DNA of 51,376 nt from a virus (Duplodnaviria > Caudoviricetes): positions 1 to 51,376 of the IMG/VR virus record IMGVR_UViG_3300016674_000123; one strand, given 5' to 3'. The notes under the pieces were generated by a model. It had not been told where the DNA came from and did no database searches. It was given only the letters and a program-made list of their open reading frames with translations. Positions within the stretch are counted from its first letter, which is position 1; every line of letters starts with the position of its first letter. Both the position numbers and the translations under genes were made by a program. Positions 44,157-51,376 of the stretch are shown here, one piece after another.

Positions 44157-44741
44157 TTACTCTTTGTTTAATAAATCTTTCACATCACCATCCTTTTCAA
44201 ACTTGTAAATCTTTTGCATTACAAAAGCTGGAGGATATTTGCCGTTTGACCAAATGTGTAAGTTCTTGATTGCTTTTGATCCAGGATAAAGAATAGTTCC
44301 AATTTGTATTGCCCATTGGAAAACATCACCAGCCAAATTATCACCAGTAATTCTATTAATTCCTTCAAGTATTGGATAAGTAAATAATATGATAATACAC
44401 ATTTCAATATTCTTCCATAAAAGAGTTTTTAATTTAAATGTGTTATTATCCCAGTGCACTTTAGCACCAGCCACTATGTTAGCAATTATAGTCCAAACAA
44501 GAACTTGAAAAAACACTTTATTATCTATGAACCACAGATTAAAAGTATTCAAAACCCACACCACAGGAGTAAAAGCTATTACTAGTTTAAATAGGTATTG
44601 AAACTTTTCGGTTAAGTCAATTGAGAATCCACTATCCTCAACATTAAAGGTTTTTTTTATGATGTCTGGGAACTTAGTACTAGCTCCAAACAATACTATT
44701 GAATAGTATATCTTTTTTAAAATAAGCTGAAATATCAACAT
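44157..44741 (-). CDS. putative holin
   Basis: Several TM helices; directly upstream of the endolysin. Confidence 0.7.
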   Translation of the reverse strand: MLIFQLILKKIYYSIVLFGASTKFPDIIKKTFNVEDSGFSIDLTEKFQYLFKLVIAFTPVVWVLNTFNLWFIDNKVFFQVLVWTIIANIVAGAKVHWDNNTFKLKTLLWKNIEMCIIILFTYPILEGINRITGDNLAGDVFQWAIQIGTILYPGSKAIKNLHIWSNGKYPPAFVMQKIYKFEKDGDVKDLLNKE

Positions 44742-44791
44742 GTTTCGTTTTAGTTTATAATTAATACTTGTATTGGAGTTAGAAGTATTTT

Positions 44792-45256
44792 TTATTTCTT
44801 AATTGGGTAATATCTTGGCGTAAATAAAGCGCAATACGGAACGAAAATAAACCCAGCAAGGCAAACTAAGACAAAGCGAAATATTTGATTTCCTTTGCCG
44901 TTTTTACGCATATTTTCGAAGTAACGCCATGCTGACTTGAACCACTTTATAAAGTTTCTGTTTGCACCAATTAAACACTCGTAATCGTGTACCATTGCAT
45001 CGGCATCTAATTTTGGTAAATCGTATAAATCTTTTACGATAGTCGCTCCGTCAAACTTGGTAGTAAATCGACAAAAGAAATCGTATGCTTCAATGTATAA
45101 ATCAATATCTTCTTCACTTCTGCTTTTGTACTTCAACATCATTCGTAATTGATAACGGTATTCGGCTAATGTTTCTATATCTTGTTTAAAGAAATCGCTT
45201 TTACTTTTAACTAAAAAGTAAATTAAAACTACTATTGTTATGATTGCGTACCACAT
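44792..45256 (-). CDS. membrane-anchored protein with DGAT...HDY motif (DUF1353-like)
   Basis: FDGATI...AMVHDY; terminal TM segments. Confidence 0.5.
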   Translation of the reverse strand: MWYAIITIVVLIYFLVKSKSDFFKQDIETLAEYRYQLRMMLKYKSRSEEDIDLYIEAYDFFCRFTTKFDGATIVKDLYDLPKLDADAMVHDYECLIGANRNFIKWFKSAWRYFENMRKNGKGNQIFRFVLVCLAGFIFVPYCALFTPRYYPIKK

Positions 45257-45258
45257 AG

Positions 45259-45765
45259 TTATTTTAGTTTATCAATTGATTGCTTTAATTCTGAAACTTC
45301 CATTTCTTCGTAGTTTTCTTGGATGTAGTTCCAAATAATATCATGTAATTTGTTATACAACTCTTGACCGATAACCGAACTTCCAATTCCAAGTAATAAT
45401 TGATAACCTGTTTTCCATTGACCAAATGGAACAACAATATCCAATACTGGTTTTAATTCGGCTAATATGACATTTTCCGTTGCATCATCCATTTGACCTA
45501 TTTGTTTAGCGATGCGAAATTCAGCCGATAAACCAGCCCAAATGCGTTGTGCATCTTGCATACGCTTGATATATAATTCGGTTTCTTTTTGTTTTAAAGC
45601 TTCAACTTGTTGTTCTGCTATTTCTTCGGGAGTTGCTTCTACATACTCAACCCCAACAATATCTTTATCTGTTAAATATTGCTGAAATTCCGCAGTACTA
45701 TCATCTAAAGGTATTTCTACTCCGTTTAGATAAATCTTACCTGTTAAATTTGATATTATGTACAT
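45259..45765 (-). CDS. putative tail fibre assembly protein
   Basis: Follows the fibre gene; IP.D....EFQQYL...EATPEEI. Confidence 0.5.
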   Translation of the reverse strand: MYIISNLTGKIYLNGVEIPLDDSTAEFQQYLTDKDIVGVEYVEATPEEIAEQQVEALKQKETELYIKRMQDAQRIWAGLSAEFRIAKQIGQMDDATENVILAELKPVLDIVVPFGQWKTGYQLLLGIGSSVIGQELYNKLHDIIWNYIQENYEEMEVSELKQSIDKLK

Positions 45766-45777
45766 ATTTTTTTACTT

Positions 45778-47604
45778 TTAATCTTGAACGTATAACTCTA
45801 ATCTTCGCATCGCAAAAGCACAAGCCGAAGCAGTTGATGCATTGTTTCGCCATAAACAAGGTGTCAACGTTAATAAACTTGACACAAAACTACCTTGTGA
45901 AACTGCACTTGTAGTTATATTTGTTACTTTATAAGTTATAGTAGTAGTTCCTTTTAATCTTAAAAATTCAACTACATACTCGCTTGTGCTGTCTTTTGGA
46001 AATGATGCCCCTAAATCTATTTTATGAATACCAGTAACCGAATCTTTATAAATTATTTGACAATTAGTATCAGTGTTGTCAGCTCCTAATGATAAAAGTC
46101 CCTGTGTTGCTGAGCTTGGGTTAATATTTCCAATTCCAGCAGTACCCGCAAAGCCATAAGAGAAACGAACATCTGTAATAGTAGATGCATCTTCACTTTT
46201 AATTCTTAAACGATAATAAAAACCGTATGCCGCTAAAATCCTACCGAAACTACCATCGTTAAACATTGCAGACGATCCAGCAGTGCCAGCACTTAACCAT
46301 TTACGCCACGAAAAACCACCACCCCCATAAATAACAGCACTTTGAGTGCCTACGGAGTTCAAAGCCAAAGTACCAACGTAAGAAAGTCCTACGCCTCCTT
46401 CTTGAATTATAATATAATTTGGAAAATCTTTCCAAATATTAACACCTAAATCAATAGCTAATCCATCTTTAACTCCATAAGTTTTTCCGTCAACAGGAAA
46501 ATCTATACCAGCACTAAGTTGAACATAAGCAGAACCGCTCCATCGATAAGTTTTATTAGTATCTAAAGCCAAATAAATTTTACTTGTTTCTCCAGTTACT
46601 GGAAACGCTGCTAAATTGGCAAACTCTAAAACATCATCTACATAAGAAGGTAATTGTGATGCTGGAACTTTACCATCCACCAAGTCGGCTTTTGTAGAAA
46701 TGTCTACTGGATCATTCCATGACTTCATTATAAAAACCAAAACATCGCTTTTATATTTAAACCAAACAGCACCACCAGCAGGTACAATTAAATTTTCTTC
46801 ATTTGGTAATGAAAATGGAATTTCAGCACTTGTCAAATGGTTTAGCTGTATTGGATTTGGTGACTTGTTTTCAAACAAATAGTCTTTTCCTTCATAAGGC
46901 GCTTCGCTGTTTCTAACTAGTATCAAAACACTTTTATCAAAACCATCAACAGAAACCAAATCTTCATTATCTACAATATAATGGTTTTGTCCTTCACCTC
47001 GTAATGGTAAAATTACATTTGAACCTGTTGTTGAATAGTTATAGGATTGGTTTTCTGTTTTTTGTTTGAATTGTGCTCCTAAAACTGGGTCGCCTGGTGT
47101 TCCAATTACTGTATCGTTAACATCGAATTCAGTAATATAAATTGCATCTAATGGAGTAGGAGGAGCTAAAACAATTGCTCCATCAGTTTCTTCACCCGAA
47201 ATTGCAATAACAGTATTGCTTGTTGTTAAAACCAAAATATCCTTTCTAGTAAAACCAGTAGGGCATAAGGTTATTGGAATAGTTGTATCGGTTGTAGTTT
47301 GATAAATAGAACCGTTTATTTGAGCCGTAACTCCAGAAGCAACAATTATTTCATTAGTCAATTCATTAACAGTTATCGAACCAACGGCTAAAAGCTGATT
47401 GTAATTACCGTTTTGAATAGCGCTTGCAATTTGGTCAACTGTTATATACTCCGAAACTCCTGCTCTTGATACTGGAATTTTTGAGTTAGTATTTAAAGCC
47501 GTTTGATGTGGTAATTCATCAACTTTCTTAGCGTTAGCTTCGTAATTATTAAGCCTTGATATTGCTTGTTGAACTAATGAAGTTAAATAAGTTAGTGTAC
47601 TCAT
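45778..47604 (-). CDS. tail fibre / receptor-binding protein
   Basis: 608 aa; KADLVDGKVPASQLPSYVDDV...GETSKIY...YRWSGSAY fibre module; beta-rich C-terminal head. Confidence 0.8.
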   Translation of the reverse strand: MSTLTYLTSLVQQAISRLNNYEANAKKVDELPHQTALNTNSKIPVSRAGVSEYITVDQIASAIQNGNYNQLLAVGSITVNELTNEIIVASGVTAQINGSIYQTTTDTTIPITLCPTGFTRKDILVLTTSNTVIAISGEETDGAIVLAPPTPLDAIYITEFDVNDTVIGTPGDPVLGAQFKQKTENQSYNYSTTGSNVILPLRGEGQNHYIVDNEDLVSVDGFDKSVLILVRNSEAPYEGKDYLFENKSPNPIQLNHLTSAEIPFSLPNEENLIVPAGGAVWFKYKSDVLVFIMKSWNDPVDISTKADLVDGKVPASQLPSYVDDVLEFANLAAFPVTGETSKIYLALDTNKTYRWSGSAYVQLSAGIDFPVDGKTYGVKDGLAIDLGVNIWKDFPNYIIIQEGGVGLSYVGTLALNSVGTQSAVIYGGGGFSWRKWLSAGTAGSSAMFNDGSFGRILAAYGFYYRLRIKSEDASTITDVRFSYGFAGTAGIGNINPSSATQGLLSLGADNTDTNCQIIYKDSVTGIHKIDLGASFPKDSTSEYVVEFLRLKGTTTITYKVTNITTSAVSQGSFVSSLLTLTPCLWRNNASTASACAFAMRRLELYVQD

Positions 47605-47625
47605 TTTGATTGCGTTTTACTTTCA

Positions 47626-47661
47626 CAAATGTAATTATTTTTATTCAGTCTAAATATAAAT
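47626..47661 (-). promoter_or_regulatory. fibre/lysis operon promoter with overlapping Fur-box-like palindromes
   Basis: TACATTTG 47626-47633; 19-mers at 47637-47655 and 47643-47661. Confidence 0.6.
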
Positions 47662-47727
47662 AAAAGGTAAAAATGTAATTATTAAGAGTTTAACGCTATC
47701 TGAAAAGCATTTTTTGTAAATTTGCTT

Positions 47728-47952
47728 ATGTGGTTTTTCGTTCTATTGTTTATCGTATTTGTAGGCGGTGGCTGGCTTGTAGGCAAGTTCATCGGTGGTA
47801 TCTTGTTTCCTGACCGAGAGGAAAAACCAACCTACATTGATAAATCGATAAACCACCATTACCACACTCACATTCACGAGCACAAGAACTTAACAGTGAT
47901 TGACGAGGAAACCCACAGAAAAGGATTAGAGAAATTTAAAGAAGGTAAGTAA
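47728..47952 (+). CDS. single-TM His-rich moron protein
   Basis: MWFFVLLFIVFVGGGWLVG TM; NHHYHTHIHEH; TAAATTTG box at 47717-47724 just before the ATG. Confidence 0.7.
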   Translation: MWFFVLLFIVFVGGGWLVGKFIGGILFPDREEKPTYIDKSINHHYHTHIHEHKNLTVIDEETHRKGLEKFKEGK

Positions 47953-48224
47953 TGGATAATTTATTATTAAGCTTTATTGAAGAAAAATTAAAAAATCTAG
48001 ATGTAGAGTTAGAGTTTTTATATCCAGGTTGTAATATGTCTTTTACAAATGAAGAAGAATGGAAAAAAAGAAGAATTGAAATTAAAGCGAAAATAGAATT
48101 GCTTTTAGAACTAAAATCTTTAAACAATAAAGCTGAATATCCAAAAATATCAATTACAGAGGTAGATTCAAATTTATTTGATTCTTATGGAGTATTTAAA
48201 AAAACAGAGAGTAATGAAAAATAA
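47952..48224 (+). CDS. hypothetical moron protein
   Basis: Coupled via TAATG to the previous ORF. Confidence 0.6.
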   Translation: MDNLLLSFIEEKLKNLDVELEFLYPGCNMSFTNEEEWKKRRIEIKAKIELLLELKSLNNKAEYPKISITEVDSNLFDSYGVFKKTESNEK

Positions 48225-48399
48225 CAACCTATCAGGCGAGAAAAAACCCGAAATGATTACTGATAAAAATGGTAATCAATTTATTTTGGTAAATGAAACC
48301 ATTGTTGCAGAAGTTAAAGTATCTCCTGAATTAGCAGAAAAATTGAATAAGATTTCTGAAAGATTAAAAAACATACCAATAATAAAAGCCTCTAATTAA
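48214..48399 (+). CDS. hypothetical moron protein
   Basis: Likely start MKNNNL at 48214; ends in the terminator. Confidence 0.55.
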   Translation: MKNNNLSGEKKPEMITDKNGNQFILVNETIVAEVKVSPELAEKLNKISERLKNIPIIKASN

Positions 48400-48410
48400 A
48401 GAGGCTTTTT
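48384..48410. terminator. bidirectional terminator
   Basis: AAAAGCCTCT/AGAGGCTTTT. Confidence 0.8.
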
Positions 48411-48533
48411 CATTTTCTTATCTCTCACATAAGAAAATTAATGATGTTCTTTGATGTGTTTCGCTTTTAAAAACAGGTCAAATATACATATTTCCCTAAA
48501 AATTATATACAACTTTGCTCGAAAATTATATAA

Positions 48534-50549
48534 TTAGTATTTTAAGAAACCACCAGAACCAATATCAATTAATCCTGGAACTTGAATATTTGTTGAATCA
48601 AAATCAACACTTCCTGATATTTCGGAATTGAATACATTACCCGTTTTAATCATTTTTGCTGTCAACACATAAAGGTTTGTATCTTCCAATGGTCCTTCGG
48701 TATCAAAGCTATTCGATTTTACATATCCAACGCCGTCAATTAGAACGTTTTTACATGATAAAGCAATCATTAGCTTTCTCCAAATTTCTTTGCTTACAGG
48801 CTCAAAAATAAACTCGTCAACTTCGTATAATTCAGAATTCAACAAAACGGTATTTGTGTCTGTTTTATGCGTTTCTGATGATTCCTCAACATCGCCATTT
48901 CTTTTGAAAAAAGGAATTCTAATTTTATGCTTAATTCCTGTAGCGTAAAACACGTCCGTATTATCATCATTCCAATAGTTGAGTTCTTTTGTAAACTCAT
49001 GAACTACTTGCACAAATATATCTTCTGAAAGCAATGTAATTGTGGTGAAATTATCATCTTCTGCAATTATTGAAATACGAATAACCTCATCTATATAATC
49101 TACCATATCAATAGTAAATTCATAAATTTCATAGTCGAAAATATTATAAATAGTTCCTGCGATTACCGAAACATCCGCACCCGAATAACTGCTTGAAATA
49201 ACCATAATTTCAGCGTTTTTGCTTTCATCAAATAATACATCTTCAATTAGAAACCATGCAGCATCTACTTTTACATAACCTCCTGATTTCGCCCAAATAG
49301 GAAGCCCACCATTTAGGTAGTGTGTTTCACCTGTTGGAAAGCCTGTATTATAGTCGTAAATGTTACCAGAAATAAAATAAATACCCGTTTTGCCACCTCC
49401 TAAATCATACTTACGAGCATCGCGAGAATCTTTATTGCCTATATAGTTTGATTTCTTTAAAACAGGTACTGCAACCTCATCACCATTGGAACGAATAACT
49501 TTTGCAGTATTAGTTTCGTAATTCGATTTGAATTGTGTTGTAATTACATCAGCCGTTTGAAATAACTGCACTTCATGATAAGGAAGTTTTACATCAACCT
49601 CACAACTCAAAGTGTTTTCATCTGTTTTATAATTCCCAGCATCACCGAAATCAATTCTATTAGCAAAGCGAATGCTATTTGCTTTTGAAATGTAGAAGTA
49701 AGGCGTTTGAATTCCAAACTCGTCAACTACAAAAGTCTTGGAAATTGCACACCCCAATTGATCACGAACATACAAAGTATAATTTCCTGCAACTAATCCA
49801 CTAAATACATTTGAAGTTTGCCAAGTAGAATTGTCTAACGAGTATTCAAAATCTAAACCAACAGCAACTGAATTTTCAACTATTACTGTTGTTCCTGCTG
49901 GACTTGGATTAATTTGTAAATTAAAATCATTTGGAATAAGTAGGCTAGGGGTTTCTATCAACTCTAAGCAAATATTTCCATTTGCATCTTCAACTTTTAA
50001 GCTAATATATTGACCTCTTAACCATTCGAAAGTAAACGGATTGTCTGTATTTGGATTTACAGCCACCGGACTTATAATTTTTGTTGCTAAAATATTGGTT
50101 TCAACTTCAATCGCTACATTTTGGCAAGGAGTAGTTGAAGCTTGAGAAAATGAAACGGAATCAATTTGAATAGTTGTTACATTAGCAACCAATTCAAAAT
50201 CAACATTAGCAACAGTTGAAATATCCATCATTGCTAATCCTCCCTCAAAATCAATATAATTATAATCAACAGTTAAAAATACTGCATTCCCAGTTCTTGA
50301 AATATTAGAAAAGCTACCTCCATAATCCAATTGAATAGCTTGCATATATTGAATTGCTGTTGCTTCTCCTGGATTGTCAATATCAGGAGTTGTTGTACTA
50401 ACTTTAAATGCAGCATTTCTTAAAGCAACCCATTGATGAGCCAATGAAACTGCAAAAGAAGGTGTAAAATTATTATTTCTTATATCGAATGTTAATGTAC
50501 TTCCAATTACTAAATCTTCATTGAAGGTAATTTTAAATGTTTTTGCCAT
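48534..50549 (-). CDS. minor tail/baseplate protein
   Basis: 671 aa, beta-rich; Ig-like unit (YSLD...WQTSNVFSGL.AG.YT.YVRD..GC); tail module position. Confidence 0.7.
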   Translation of the reverse strand: MAKTFKITFNEDLVIGSTLTFDIRNNNFTPSFAVSLAHQWVALRNAAFKVSTTTPDIDNPGEATAIQYMQAIQLDYGGSFSNISRTGNAVFLTVDYNYIDFEGGLAMMDISTVANVDFELVANVTTIQIDSVSFSQASTTPCQNVAIEVETNILATKIISPVAVNPNTDNPFTFEWLRGQYISLKVEDANGNICLELIETPSLLIPNDFNLQINPSPAGTTVIVENSVAVGLDFEYSLDNSTWQTSNVFSGLVAGNYTLYVRDQLGCAISKTFVVDEFGIQTPYFYISKANSIRFANRIDFGDAGNYKTDENTLSCEVDVKLPYHEVQLFQTADVITTQFKSNYETNTAKVIRSNGDEVAVPVLKKSNYIGNKDSRDARKYDLGGGKTGIYFISGNIYDYNTGFPTGETHYLNGGLPIWAKSGGYVKVDAAWFLIEDVLFDESKNAEIMVISSSYSGADVSVIAGTIYNIFDYEIYEFTIDMVDYIDEVIRISIIAEDDNFTTITLLSEDIFVQVVHEFTKELNYWNDDNTDVFYATGIKHKIRIPFFKRNGDVEESSETHKTDTNTVLLNSELYEVDEFIFEPVSKEIWRKLMIALSCKNVLIDGVGYVKSNSFDTEGPLEDTNLYVLTAKMIKTGNVFNSEISGSVDFDSTNIQVPGLIDIGSGGFLKY

Positions 50550-50550
50550 T

Positions 50551-51376
50551 TTAATATGCTTTTAAAAGTTTCCATTGTCCTTTGCCGTTTGGCTTGAGAT
50601 TCATTAAAAATCCCTTTTCTTGCTCTCCATTTTCATTTGTGAATTCAACACAGCCATAAATGTTAGGTATTTGTTTACCAAGTATTATTTTATGGCCATT
50701 TAACTGCTGATTGATATCAAATGTCACTTCATGTTCAAATTCGATGAATTCAGGAACGTATCGAGGTCTTCCAAGTTCAGCGTTTATGATATTTCCATTT
50801 TCTGCATACTCATTACCTCCAATCAATTTAGTAGAAAGAGAACTATTAGCAGATGAACTTGTATATCTAATGTAATCGCTCAAATACTTTGTCAAACCTG
50901 AAGCAATAACCCAGCCATGACGAAGCATTGAATTAAACGGCGACAATCTTAAGTTGTAAGCTGTGTCAGGAGAGAATGTTCCCGTTGGCGCTTGCTCAAA
51001 ATCATCTTGCCACTTTCTTAACTTGAAAATAGTTGATAAACTATCTCTTTTCATATCAAATTGGAAAACATCAGAATCATAACGAGTATCTTCTGTTCCT
51101 TGAGTTAATTTAGGTTTTCTTCTGGCAAATTCGGCACCATAACTATCACCGCGATACTTTGATAATTTAGAATAAGCATTTCTTAGCACTTTAATTGCCG
51201 TTGCAAACTTTGTAGTTCCATTATACTCAACCAAACCAAATGCTTCTTCATAATCACCACCTTTTTCAAAACCTAATTCCAATGATGAATAATAGTAATC
51301 AACCGCTTCACTTCGTTTTACATTTTTAACCTGATTAGGGAGTTTAATTGTGGTATTTCTATTGTAGAAATAGCCT
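50551..51376 (-). CDS. 3' part of the ~750-aa tail protein that starts at 1427
   Basis: Frame is open to the window end and joins in frame: FVRIEE-L-GYFYNRNTTIKLPNQV. Confidence 0.8.
   Translation of the reverse strand, partial: GYFYNRNTTIKLPNQVKNVKRSEAVDYYYSSLELGFEKGGDYEEAFGLVEYNGTTKFATAIKVLRNAYSKLSKYRGDSYGAEFARRKPKLTQGTEDTRYDSDVFQFDMKRDSLSTIFKLRKWQDDFEQAPTGTFSPDTAYNLRLSPFNSMLRHGWVIASGLTKYLSDYIRYTSSSANSSLSTKLIGGNEYAENGNIINAELGRPRYVPEFIEFEHEVTFDINQQLNGHKIILGKQIPNIYGCVEFTNENGEQEKGFLMNLKPNGKGQWKLLKAY

Noticed and set aside
1-51376. Alternative genetic code or stop-codon recoding
   Set aside because: Genes tile densely under the standard code, TAG and TGA both serve as stops, and no suppressor tRNA is present

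Overview
The window is a complete, circularly permuted genome of an AT-rich temperate siphovirus-like phage, most likely infecting Flavobacterium or a related Flavobacteriaceae host (inferred from TAnnTTTG promoters and Bacteroidota-type DnaN, DUF3127 and Fur-like proteins). One tail-gene reading frame continues exactly across the 1/51376 junction, and an intact attP (3' half of a CAT-anticodon tRNA) lies next to a tyrosine integrase. Most genes are on the minus strand: Cro-like gene, recombination/replication genes (Rad50-like ATPase, RecT, MBL hydrolase, helicase, initiator with iterons, loader ATPase, resolvase, beta clamp), two methyltransferase fusions, packaging, head, tail and lysis genes. 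The CI cassette, the integrase and a small moron are on the plus strand. The most unusual features are: (1) a Fur-family DNA-binding domain without its metal-sensing domain, with Fur-box-like palindromes at both structural-gene promoters and in the immunity region; (2) a ~660-nt cluster of structured non-coding RNAs between the putative terS and terL, including a ~240-nt multibranch RNA, an aberrant tRNA-Met and a tRNA mimic; (3) a tRNA-minihelix element in the boxA-containing cro leader; (4) several repeated promoter/operator motifs. Protein family calls come from motif recognition and RNA structures were folded by eye; no searches were run.
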